Origin: Magnetococcales bacterium
Lineage (GTDB): Bacteria > Pseudomonadota > Magnetococcia > Magnetococcales > JADFZT01
Assembly (NCBI GenBank): GCA_015232395.1
Contig: JADFZT010000020.1
Span: 338 to 64,337 of the forward strand
Direction of reading: 5' to 3'
Length of the DNA: 64,000 bases
The position numbers were made by a program, and so were the translations under genes. Shown one piece after another: positions 1 to 8,504 of the stretch. Numbering within the stretch: position 1 is the first letter of the stretch; every line of letters begins with the position of its first letter. Below the pieces are notes generated by a model. That model was not told where the DNA came from, did not search any database, and saw only the letters and a list, made by a program, of their open reading frames with translations.

Positions 1-49
1 AACGGACGGCGTGGGCGGCAAAGCGTCATCAAGGGACAAAAACACGATC

Positions 50-325
50 ATGGACGTCATCATCGCCTACGACATCCACTTGAACAAGACCCGCCGCGCG
101 GTCTTGAAAATATTGCGCGAATGGCGGCTGGACGGGCAGAAATCGGTGCATGAATGCCGCCTGATGCGGGCGGCGGCGGAAGAGTTGTTCATCCAGTTGG
201 GCAGCGCCATCCACCCACGGGACGACAGCCTGCTGCTGGCGCGGGTGGATGGTCGACGGCGCGTATTGAGTCGGGGTACGGGAAGGAGCGATGCCTTTTC
301 CACCTCCTTGCGGTTGGTCGGTTGA
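50..325 (+). CDS. cas2: CRISPR-associated endoribonuclease Cas2
   Basis: 91 aa from ATG 50 (an in-frame GTG at 11 is also possible). MDVIIAYDI...KSVHECRL...DSLLLARVD follows the Cas2 pattern (beta1 YDI, SVFEC-like segment, late D-S-hydrophobic strand). It lies directly upstream of the RT, leader and array. Confidence 0.8.
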   Translation: MDVIIAYDIHLNKTRRAVLKILREWRLDGQKSVHECRLMRAAAEELFIQLGSAIHPRDDSLLLARVDGRRRVLSRGTGRSDAFSTSLRLVG

Positions 326-347
326 TGAGGCGTGAAGGATTGCATGG

Positions 348-1286
348 ATGAGCAGCGGGCAGCCTGGCTGGTATCTGGTCGGATATGACATCTCCTCGCC
401 GCGTCGTCTGCGAAAAATTCACCGGTCCCTGAAAAAACGGGGGCTGGCGCTGGCGCCCCAAACCCTCAACGCCGCCTGGAAAAGTCTCAAGGGGGATAAT
501 GCCGTCTGGATTCCCGGGCTCTCCCGGGCCGACATGGAAAAGAACATTGCGCTGCATTTGATCCAACTGGCCGATGAGTTGCGGACCGGCGCCTATCGAC
601 CCCATCCGACGCGCATGTTCCCGGTGGCCAAGGCCGACGGCGGAAAACGAATCATCTCCGCCTTGACGTTGCGGGACAAACTGGCTCAAAAAACCGTTCT
701 GTGGGCGTTGCGACCCTTGGGAGAGTCGCTTTTTCATTCCGACAGTTACGGTTACCGGCCTGGTCGGTCGGTGGAAATGGCGGTCTCGAAGGCGCGCGAA
801 CATATCCTTTGCGGCCTGGAATGGTTGGTGGACGCCGACATCCGACAATTTTTCGACCGCATTCCCCATGGTCCGCTACGCAAGGTTCTCAAGCGGACAA
901 TCGATGATCGCGAAATGTTGAAATTGATCGACATGTGGTTGGATGTCGGCGCGCCGCGTACCGGTTTTTTGACCAAACGTCGGGGCGTTCCGCAGGGCGG
1001 CGTTCTTTCGCCATTTTTCTGTAACCTCTACCTGACCGGCTTTGATCAGCGGTTGGCGGCGGCCAATCTCCCCTTCGTCCGCTTCGCCGACGATTTTCTC
1101 GTTTTCGCCCCGACCCAAAGGGCGGCGGAGGCGGCACGGACATTCGTCGGCAAAGAACTGAACCGGTTGGATCTGGAACTGCATCCCGACAAGACCCGCG
1201 TGGTTCGCAGTGGTCCAGCCGTCCGATTTCTCGGTCGAAAAATGCCCCGCGCGCCAAAATATGACGCCCCGGATGGCCGCGGGTGA
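348..1286 (+). CDS. CRISPR-associated group-II-intron-like reverse transcriptase with Cas2-like N-terminal segment
   Basis: 312 aa. RT blocks are readable in order: KADGGKRIISALTLRDKLAQKTV (RT1-2), WLVDADIRQFFDRIPH (RT3), RGVPQGGVLSPFFCNLYL (RT4), FVRFADDFLVF (RT5 catalytic xADD box), LELHPDKTRVV (RT6), FLGRKM (RT7). The N-terminus WYLVGYDISSPRRLRKIHRSLKKRG resembles Cas2 beta1-alpha1. No thumb/X, Cas1 or endonuclease domain is seen. Confidence 0.85.
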   Translation: MSSGQPGWYLVGYDISSPRRLRKIHRSLKKRGLALAPQTLNAAWKSLKGDNAVWIPGLSRADMEKNIALHLIQLADELRTGAYRPHPTRMFPVAKADGGKRIISALTLRDKLAQKTVLWALRPLGESLFHSDSYGYRPGRSVEMAVSKAREHILCGLEWLVDADIRQFFDRIPHGPLRKVLKRTIDDREMLKLIDMWLDVGAPRTGFLTKRRGVPQGGVLSPFFCNLYLTGFDQRLAAANLPFVRFADDFLVFAPTQRAAEAARTFVGKELNRLDLELHPDKTRVVRSGPAVRFLGRKMPRAPKYDAPDGRG

Positions 1287-1507
1287 GGGACATGGAAAGC
1301 TATTTTTTTTGTGGAAGCGAAATATTGTTTATGCCTGATTGTCTCTTGTGGGTGTTTTTTTTAAAATTTGTTTGTATTCAATATGTTGCGCATGATAAGC
1401 TGTTTCTTGGCAAACAAGAAAATGACGCAAAAAAAGCTAACTTTATTTGCCTGTTTCTTAGGCAATTTTTGTTCTTTGAAAATCAAACAGTTGCATGGAT
1501 GGAGGGG
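1287..1507 (+). promoter_or_regulatory. CRISPR leader (AT-rich)
   Basis: 221 bp between the RT stop and the first repeat. It is visibly AT-rich with long A/T runs compared with its flanks. Repeat polarity (3' ATTGAGAC handle) places it upstream of the array. No exact promoter is assigned. Confidence 0.6.
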
Positions 1508-3863
1508 GTCCGGACCCCACCCTGATTTCGAAGGGATTGAGACCAAATTAGTATAAGCATAAAAACCCAGCTGTTTTTGTCCGGACCCCACCCTGATTTC
1601 GAAGGGATTGAGACTCATCTAAGGGAGGAAGTTTGTATGCATTGATAAACGTCCGGACCCCACCCTGATTTCGAAGGGATTGAGACCCCTCAGGAGAGGC
1701 TACAAAAACATGTTTCTCTAAGTCCGGACCCCACCCTGATTTCGAAGGGATTGAGACTCACTTGCTTGGTTTGTAGCCCTGGCAATGTAACGTCCGGACC
1801 CCACCCTGATTTCGAAGGGATTGAGACTTGCGATAGAAACCTATCTTGTGTTTCATTGTTTCTGTCCGGACCCCACCCTGATTTCGAAGGGATTGAGACC
1901 ATATCCTACTCCATCTTTATCCTCTGCTTTGTCCGGACCCCACCCTGATTTCGAAGGGATTGAGACTTTTGTGTTCGATGGTTACATTGCCGCCCTGATA
2001 GTCCGGACCCCACCCTGATTTCGAAGGGATTGAGACTTAGGTCAAGCTGGGCGTCAGGCTGTTTGCAACTGCGTCCGGACCCCACCCTGATTTCGAAGGG
2101 ATTGAGACATCATGAGTGCATCGGTGGAGCTTTGGGCGGCAGTGTCCGGACCCCACCCTGATTTCGAAGGGATTGAGACTTTTTCCTCCGCTCATAAAAA
2201 ATGCTTCTCCGAGTCCGGACCCCACCCTGATTTCGAAGGGATTGAGACATGTTGGGAATACGTGATATAATCCCCATTTTCCGTCCGGACCCCACCCTGA
2301 TTTCGAAGGGATTGAGACCGGACAATTTTGGAATGACGGCACTGGGATTAAATGTCCGGACCCCACCCTGATTTCGAAGGGATTGAGACAAAACATCAAC
2401 GCACTCTTTGTCGAAATGGCGATGTCCGGACCCCACCCTGATTTCGAAGGGATTGAGACCTTGCGGGGGGGTAGGCAGGAGACCAAGACCCGCCTGTCCG
2501 GACCCCACCCTGATTTCGAAGGGATTGAGACTTTTTGTATTCCTGCAACCTGCTCCCCCAGTTTTTGTCCGGACCCCACCCTGATTTCGAAGGGATTGAG
2601 ACACTGAAATCTTCCAGTTGTTTAACGATCAATTCAGTCCGGACCCCACCCTGATTTCGAAGGGATTGAGACTCTTAAAATAGGTTTATTTGTTTTTTCA
2701 TCCCAGTCCGGACCCCACCCTGATTTCGAAGGGATTGAGACTCCAGTTGACGGGCGGCACCGAAGGAACCACGTGTCCGGACCCCACCCTGATTTCGAAG
2801 GGATTGAGACCGTTCCCAGGCTGGGTGCTACGAAAAACGTCGCAACGTCCGGACCCCACCCTGATTTCGAAGGGATTGAGACGGTCGGATATACTACAAC
2901 CTTATCCAACGTTGCGTGTCCGGACCCCACCCTGATTTCGAAGGGATTGAGACTTGGGGAATCATAATGGCGAAGATAAAGACGAAGTCCGGACCCCACC
3001 CTGATTTCGAAGGGATTGAGACTCACCAACCGATCGATGGACATCTTGGCGTCGTCCGGACCCCACCCTGATTTCGAAGGGATTGAGACTTATAAAATTG
3101 AGATGCCTTTATTTCCTCCTCTTCGTCCGGACCCCACCCTGATTTCGAAGGGATTGAGACCCTTTGCTGATCGTCCCAATGTAATCACCGTCAGGTCCGG
3201 ACCCCACCCTGATTTCGAAGGGATTGAGACCGCCTTTTCATGAGTACGTAGACACCAAGCTTGGTCCGGACCCCACCCTGATTTCGAAGGGATTGAGACT
3301 GCTCAAAATCGATCCAAAGCACCCGCTCACCCTCGTCCGGACCCCACCCTGATTTCGAAGGGATTGAGACGCCAATAAACACAACGATATTCTTATTGAT
3401 CGTCTGTCCGGACCCCACCCTGATTTCGAAGGGATTGAGACTGCAGGTCTGGGGCATTCCATCCCCGGAATTCCGTCCGGACCCCACCCTGATTTCGAAG
3501 GGATTGAGACCTGGAAGAAGTAGGCCAGTTCAACATTGATGCTCATGTCCGGACCCCACCCTGATTTCGAAGGGATTGAGACTCACGAGCCAAGTTCCAA
3601 CCAACCAGTTCACCGGGTCCGGACCCCACCCTGATTTCGAAGGGATTGAGACGATGGGAAGGGATTTGAGGGTTCCCCGAACTGTATGGTCCGGACCCCA
3701 CCCTGATTTCGAAGGGATTGAGACCTTAAAATAAGATCACATTTTTCTTGGCAGATGTCCGGACCCCACCCTGATTTCGAAGGGATTGAGACAGCCTGAT
3801 GCCGGCGCAGTAGCGTTCCGCCGCGTCGTCCGGACCCCACCCTGATTTCGAAGGGATTGAGAC
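1508..3863 (+). CRISPR. CRISPR array, 34 repeats / 33 spacers, 36-nt repeat GTCCGGACCCCACCCTGATTTCGAAGGGATTGAGAC
   Basis: Repeat starts counted by eye: 1508, 1579, 1651, 1722, 1792, 1864, 1931, 2001, 2073, 2144, 2213, 2283, 2354, 2424, 2496, 2567, 2637, 2706, 2775, 2847, 2918, 2987, 3054, 3125, 3195, 3264, 3335, 3406, 3475, 3547, 3617, 3689, 3757, 3828. All copies look identical. Spacers are ~31-36 nt and all differ. The 3' ATTGAGAC matches the canonical 8-nt Cas6-type crRNA handle. Confidence 0.98.
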
Positions 3864-3878
3864 TGAAGGGCGCTGGAC

Positions 3879-4883
3879 ATGGCTGACATTGCCCATCCAC
3901 ACGACCGCTTTCTGAAGATCCTGCTCTCGAATCCTGTGACGGCGGGAACTCTCTTGCGGGAGCGTCTGCCCAAAGAGATAGCAGAATGCTTGTCGCTGGA
4001 GCCGCCCAGCTTGGTGGATGGGACTTTCATCGACGGTGAGTTTCGTCAGCATCTGACAGATCGGCTGTTCCGGGTGAAGACGGTGGCAGGTGGTGAGGCC
4101 TACGTATACGCGCTCATCGAACACAAAAGCCATCCGGACGACTGGATAGCATTGCAACTTCTGCGGTATATGGTCCGGATCTGGGAGCAGATGCGGGAGG
4201 AGACAGATAGTGGGGGGCGTCTGTCACCCATTGTGCCGCTATTGGTGTACCATGGGAGGCAGACTTGGCAGATCCCACCCCTGTTTTCTGCGTTAGTGGA
4301 TGCAGAGACTTCCTGGCAGAAGCATCTGCTGGATTTTAGGTTTTCGGTGGTGGATCTGGGACGAATCGATGATGCTGCACTTTCTAGGGATGATCGGCTG
4401 CGTGGTGGGTTCCTGGCCCTAAAATGTGTATTTAAAAAGGGATTGAGGCCTGAGACGGTTGCCGGAATCGGTAAAGTTTTGCAGGTTGATCAAGAGCTTG
4501 CCAAGCGAACCTTGCTCTATCTGATTCAAACCTATGAGGAGTTGGATATGGATAGCATTCAGGCGTTTTCGGATGAGGCTTTCCCTGGGAAGGCGGAAGA
4601 ATATAAATCCCTATTTGCCAGGGAGATGATCGCAAAAGGTCGCCTAGAGGGCCGACAGGAAGGCCGACAGGAAGGCCGACAGGAAGGCCGACAGGAAGGC
4701 GAGCAGATCGGCGAGCGGCGAGGTGAAACCAAAGTCCTTCGTCGCCTCCTCTATAAAAAATTTGGAAGCACTCCCCTACCCTCTTGGGTCGAGGACAAAC
4801 TTACTGCCGCCTCCTTGGGTGAAATCGAGGAGTGGTCTGATCGGATTTTGGACGCTCAATCCTTGGACGAGATCTTTGTGTAG
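3879..4883 (+). CDS. Rpn-family recombination-promoting nuclease / putative transposase (YhgA-like PD-(D/E)XK), copy 1
   Basis: 334 aa. HPHDRFLKILLS...GGEAYVYALIEHKSHPDDWIALQLLRYMVRIW...IVPLLVYHG matches the RpnA/YhgA N-terminal nuclease domain pattern. The C-terminus has GRQEG repeats and a LPSWVEDKL...IEEWSDRILDAQSLDEIFV tail. A close paralog lies at 34382-35323. Confidence 0.8.
   Translation: MADIAHPHDRFLKILLSNPVTAGTLLRERLPKEIAECLSLEPPSLVDGTFIDGEFRQHLTDRLFRVKTVAGGEAYVYALIEHKSHPDDWIALQLLRYMVRIWEQMREETDSGGRLSPIVPLLVYHGRQTWQIPPLFSALVDAETSWQKHLLDFRFSVVDLGRIDDAALSRDDRLRGGFLALKCVFKKGLRPETVAGIGKVLQVDQELAKRTLLYLIQTYEELDMDSIQAFSDEAFPGKAEEYKSLFAREMIAKGRLEGRQEGRQEGRQEGRQEGEQIGERRGETKVLRRLLYKKFGSTPLPSWVEDKLTAASLGEIEEWSDRILDAQSLDEIFV
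4650..4697 (+). repeat. In-frame 12-bp tandem repeat (GGCCGACAGGAA x4) inside Rpn copy 1
   Basis: Four perfect head-to-tail units encode (GRQE)x4. Rpn copy 2 has only two related units (GGACGACAGGAA x2) at the same place. Confidence 0.9.
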
Positions 4884-5073
4884 TAATTTCGACTTCACCT
4901 CGGGTACCAAGGCGCAATCGGAAAATGGCCAAAACCTCGTGACTGACAAAATTTACAAGTTGTTGATTTTATTGGGTCTGAGTTTGAACCGGGTTCGTTC
5001 CGCATACCGAGCGTAACCAAAACTTTCTCTGTTTCCGTTTTTTGATATACACAAAAAAACGGAGATTGTTCGA

Positions 5074-5106
5074 ACCGGGTTCTTCCCGGTGCACCATTTC
5101 TTTTTT
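5074..5106 (+). terminator. Possible weak Rho-independent terminator downstream of Rpn copy 1
   Basis: ACCGGG-TTCTT-CCCGGT forms a 6-bp stem. It is followed, after 8 nt, by TTTCTTTTTT. The stem is short and the T-run is displaced. Confidence 0.3.
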
Positions 5107-5317
5107 CAGAGATATTCTCAGGCCGCCCACCCCCAAATGATGCGGTTTTTTTTACGCCAAAATTCCCCAATATTTTCAATGGTTACGGGCATACCCCCCT
5201 ACCCTGCCCCACCAACCTCGTGTCGACCCTCCAACAAAAAATCCCCCATTTTCTCTCTTCTGGCCCAAACTCTCTAAAACCTCGTGTCGATGGATAATCA
5301 AATACTTACGGCAATTT

Positions 5318-5358
5318 GTCCGGACACCGAGTTGGGAATGCGAGTGGGTGACCGAGAC
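5318..5358 (+). repeat. Candidate degenerate CRISPR repeat relic
   Basis: GTCCGGACaccgagttgggaatgCGAgtGGGtgaccGAGAC shares the first 8 nt (GTCCGGAC), an internal CGA..GGG and the terminal GAGAC with the array repeat. A second 3'-end-like piece, GGGTTGAGAC, lies at 5443-5452. Confidence 0.3.
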
Positions 5359-5491
5359 GAACCGGGTTCAAACTTTTATTGAAGAAACGTTCTGGAATCC
5401 CTCCCATGGTTGGTGGGATCGGCTGTAGGTGGATGATGTCCTGGGTTGAGACTTGGCTCGTAATAGGATATGGATAATTATTGGTGGCTCC

Positions 5492-8188
5492 ATGAGGGAG
5501 CACGAAAAATTTCTGGAAACCCAAATTACATTCATGTCAGGCATGGCCAAACGCCACAAACGAAAGAAACGTACCCGCTCGGCAACGCCCGGACAGCTTT
5601 TTCAGAAGGGCAAGGATTTGCTGGCAGCCGGACAATTTCGTCAGGCCATTGAAAATCTCAAATCCCTGAACAAACAGGAACCGGGTGGGCAAGGTTGCGA
5701 GCTTCTGATAACGGCCTATTGGGGGCGTGCCAAGGAGTTGTTTGATAAGGGATTGTTTCGAGAGGCGGCGGTGACATTGGAACAGGCTGACCGTCTGAAT
5801 GGCGCAAGGATCGATACGTCGCTCTTGCTCTCTGCTTGGTGTAATGCCGGGCTTCATGTCAAGGCAGCGCGTCTGTGGGGGGAAAAGAATACGGATACCC
5901 CAGAATTCTCCCACACCCCGGTGGCCGAACTGTTGGCCTGCTTGGCGGTGGTGGATGAAGAAATAGCCAATGCCTTGGGAACGGATCACCCAGTTGGACG
6001 TCATCTGATCCATGCCAGACAGGCTATACAAGCATTGATATTGGATCGACAGCAAGAGGCCCGGGAGGCCACCAAACAGATTCCTGTGCGTTCTTCCCTA
6101 CGGTCTCTGCGTCTGCTCCTGCTTGGAATTTTGGCAACCCGGAGTAATCCCGAATCGGCCATGGGGATCCTGGAAAGAATTCCGGTGGACTCCCCGTTAT
6201 CCCCCATCGCGCGTGTCCTGATCCCCCTTGCCCAGGGTAAACAACCTCAACCGGATTCGGAGGGGGACTCTGAAGGATCCGCCTACAAGATGGCCTTGTT
6301 TCTCGAAGGGGTGGAAAAACCAGCCCAGGAGCTGCTAGGGCAGATTGAACGGTCTCGATCGCGGCCCGATAGGTTGTTCTCAATATTGTTGAACGACAGG
6401 TGGGCCAACTTAATCCCTGAGCAGATTGGACGACAAATTTGCGGTAGCCTGCTGGACCAACATCCCAGAGGGTTATCGAAATATAATAAAAAATTCGGTT
6501 TATTGCCGGCTTGGCGTCGGCACCGCATGGCCGCCCTTGAGGAGGAACGGAAAGGCTATTTGGACACCGCTCTGGATCAGTGGCAGCTCTGCGTGGGACG
6601 CTTAGAAGCGGAAGATGAGGATCTGCCAGAAGCCGAAAAAGGTCCTGTCCGGGCCGCCCTTTTTCGCCACATGGGCGACCTGGCAAATAAAGTCAGTCAG
6701 CTGGATGAAAAGGACCATTGGGCCGATTCCTGGTCTGAACCGATTGCGGAGCAGCGTTTTTCTGAAATCAAATATTTGGAAAGGAGCCTGGAGTCTGACC
6801 CTTCCGACCGCCAGGTTTATCTGCGGTTAATTCACCTCCATGAAAAAAAAGGGAATGCCAAACAGCGCCGCCAAGCCGTGCAACGTGCGGTGAAACACTT
6901 CCCTGAAGATCCCGAGGTACTGGAGGCGGCGATGAACGAAGCCTTCGACGGTGGTGCCTTCAAAAAAGCCGTAAAACTGGCTGGTCAAATCCTTGAGCGC
7001 AATCCAATCAACAATCCGGTGCGCCGTCAGGTGGTGAAGGGCCACCTGATGCATGCCCGGAAAAAGATTAAATCCGGACGCCAGGATTTAGCTGAAAAGG
7101 AACTCAAACTTGCCGAAACGGTAGAACGCCCCCAGATCCGCGATGGTTCAGTTCAAATTTGCCGAGGGGTTATGGCGTTGATGGCAGGAGACAAACGCCA
7201 AGCCGACATCCATATGAAACAGGCTCGCCAAGAGGCCAATCATGCATGTGTAGCGGATTTGATGGCCCTGATGGAGGCCGAACGGATAATCGTGTCCCAG
7301 TCCCTGTTTGGTGCCTTAAAGAAAAAGCTCACTGCAAGCCTGAAAGACACTTCACCGGAACCTGGGTTGCTATTGGATTTGATAGAACGCATAGAAGCGA
7401 GCGGGCGGGAACCATCCTTGAATCCAAAAGCGTGGATACCGGCACTCTCCACCTGGTTAAACAAATGCGCCCGTCTGCCCCTTCCGGTTGATCAACGCCG
7501 TTTGGTCTGCCACTTTCTAGCCGATCATGAAGGGTTCAAGCCACTTGGCGCTTTTGCTCGTGAAGGGATAAAAAAATGGCCTGGAGATCCCTCGTTTCTG
7601 TTCTTCCAGTTGTTTGCGAAATATGAAGGGGATGAATACCGGGTGCCGTATCGGGATCTGAACCGTTTGGACGATGCCATGATGGAAGCAGGTTCGACGC
7701 TGGATCATCGTACCCAGGATCGCATCGGGCATTTCATGTATAACTCCGGTCCCCCCATGCCCTTTGGCTTGCCTGAAATACCTGGAGGAATACCGTTTGA
7801 TTACGAAGAACATCTTGATAACGAAAAATTCCCTATCTTCCCTGAATTTTTTGATCAGCTGGAAGAAAGTCTTGAAGGAGCCAAAAGTGACCCTGAAGAA
7901 GCCATCCAGGCCTTTTTCTCTCTGAAGGCTCTGCAGATATTGGCTGAGTTGGCTCCCCAGGATCGGGGCTTGACGCTGGCAGAGATCAAGGCACACCTCT
8001 ATCGGGAGCTTGTCCCCAGCTTTCCTCTGGGTCCGACTGAAGCCAAACGGTTGATCGATCAATTTATGGAAAACACCAGTTTCGATGAGCCCAACCCGCC
8101 AGTCATTCCACCAGTGCCGCGAAAGCCCCGTAAACCGAAAAAGACCCTGCACAATCCCAGACAGTTGGAATTTGATTTCGATGATTGA
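5492..8188 (+). CDS. Large helical-repeat (TPR-like) protein, first gene of accessory Hsp70 module
   Basis: The open frame runs 5453-8188. Possible starts are TTG 5453 and ATG 5492, 5534 or 5543. It has a basic N-terminus (KRHKRKKRTRS) and TPR-like helical hairpins (e.g. AGQFRQAIENLKSL, KGLFREAAVTLEQADRL, LERSLESDPSDRQVYLRLIHLHEKKGNAKQ). The tail is basic-proline then acidic (PRKPRKPKK...LEFDFDD). Its stop overlaps the next start (ATGATTGA at 8181-8188). Confidence 0.55.
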   Translation: MREHEKFLETQITFMSGMAKRHKRKKRTRSATPGQLFQKGKDLLAAGQFRQAIENLKSLNKQEPGGQGCELLITAYWGRAKELFDKGLFREAAVTLEQADRLNGARIDTSLLLSAWCNAGLHVKAARLWGEKNTDTPEFSHTPVAELLACLAVVDEEIANALGTDHPVGRHLIHARQAIQALILDRQQEAREATKQIPVRSSLRSLRLLLLGILATRSNPESAMGILERIPVDSPLSPIARVLIPLAQGKQPQPDSEGDSEGSAYKMALFLEGVEKPAQELLGQIERSRSRPDRLFSILLNDRWANLIPEQIGRQICGSLLDQHPRGLSKYNKKFGLLPAWRRHRMAALEEERKGYLDTALDQWQLCVGRLEAEDEDLPEAEKGPVRAALFRHMGDLANKVSQLDEKDHWADSWSEPIAEQRFSEIKYLERSLESDPSDRQVYLRLIHLHEKKGNAKQRRQAVQRAVKHFPEDPEVLEAAMNEAFDGGAFKKAVKLAGQILERNPINNPVRRQVVKGHLMHARKKIKSGRQDLAEKELKLAETVERPQIRDGSVQICRGVMALMAGDKRQADIHMKQARQEANHACVADLMALMEAERIIVSQSLFGALKKKLTASLKDTSPEPGLLLDLIERIEASGREPSLNPKAWIPALSTWLNKCARLPLPVDQRRLVCHFLADHEGFKPLGAFAREGIKKWPGDPSFLFFQLFAKYEGDEYRVPYRDLNRLDDAMMEAGSTLDHRTQDRIGHFMYNSGPPMPFGLPEIPGGIPFDYEEHLDNEKFPIFPEFFDQLEESLEGAKSDPEEAIQAFFSLKALQILAELAPQDRGLTLAEIKAHLYRELVPSFPLGPTEAKRLIDQFMENTSFDEPNPPVIPPVPRKPRKPKKTLHNPRQLEFDFDD

Positions 8189-8501
8189 TCCCTATCAAAT
8201 TCTCCAGGTTCCGGCCAATACCGACGACGAAGAGGTTCGCCAAGCCTACTTGGCCCAGTTGCGGCTTTACCCGCCAGAGCACCACCCTGAACGATTCCGG
8301 CAAATCCGCGAGGCTTTCGAGCTGCTGGCCAGTGAACGCAACCGGCGTGATTTTTCCCTGTTCCAGACAGCCAGCCCTGACTTGCATCCCCTGGTTCAAC
8401 ACCTGCTGAAGCAGAAGAGCAACCCGGAACCCATGACTGCCGAGGTTTTTTCCAACCATTTTGGAACCGTGTTGAAACAACACCGCTTAAAACGGGAGTG
8501 A
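8181..8501 (+). CDS. J-domain-like protein (non-canonical, no HPD)
   Basis: 106 aa. DPYQILQVPANTDDEEVRQAYLAQLRLYPPEHHPERFRQIREAFELLASERNRRDF aligns with J-domain helices I-III (DYYxILGV...AYrkLAlkYHPDk...FkeInEAYevLsD). The HPD position reads PPE, with a shifted HPE nearby. Confidence 0.75.
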   Translation: MIDPYQILQVPANTDDEEVRQAYLAQLRLYPPEHHPERFRQIREAFELLASERNRRDFSLFQTASPDLHPLVQHLLKQKSNPEPMTAEVFSNHFGTVLKQHRLKRE

Positions 8502-8504
8502 TCC

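Noticed and set aside
348-1286. The RT as part of a mobile group II intron or a retron.
   Set aside because: No maturase/X or endonuclease domain is present and no intron-like structured RNA flanks are evident. The ORF is followed directly by an AT-rich leader and the array. No msr/msd-like inverted repeats are seen. The context (cas2 upstream, array downstream) fits a CRISPR-associated RT.
3653-3688. A spacer containing GAAGGGATTTGAG, which resembles part of the repeat.
   Set aside because: The match is short (about 12 nt with an indel) and could arise by chance or slipped acquisition. It is not enough to call a degenerate repeat or alter the repeat count.
1361-3900. Many 60-180-aa ORFs on both strands across the array, with recurring peptides SIPSKSGWGPD, LNPFEIRVGSG, QSLRNQGGVRT and GPHPDFEGIET.
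   Set aside because: They are translations of the 36-nt CRISPR repeat in different frames. Their periodicity equals the repeat period, so they are not genes.
5066-5097. A tRNA 3'-end-like string (...TTCGAACCGGGTTCTTCCCGGTGCACCA) that could mark a tRNA gene or an integration att site.
   Set aside because: The putative T-loop has 5 nt instead of 7. No matching acceptor 5' strand or D and anticodon arms lie upstream. It is more simply one copy of the GAACCGGGTTC palindrome plus a small hairpin.
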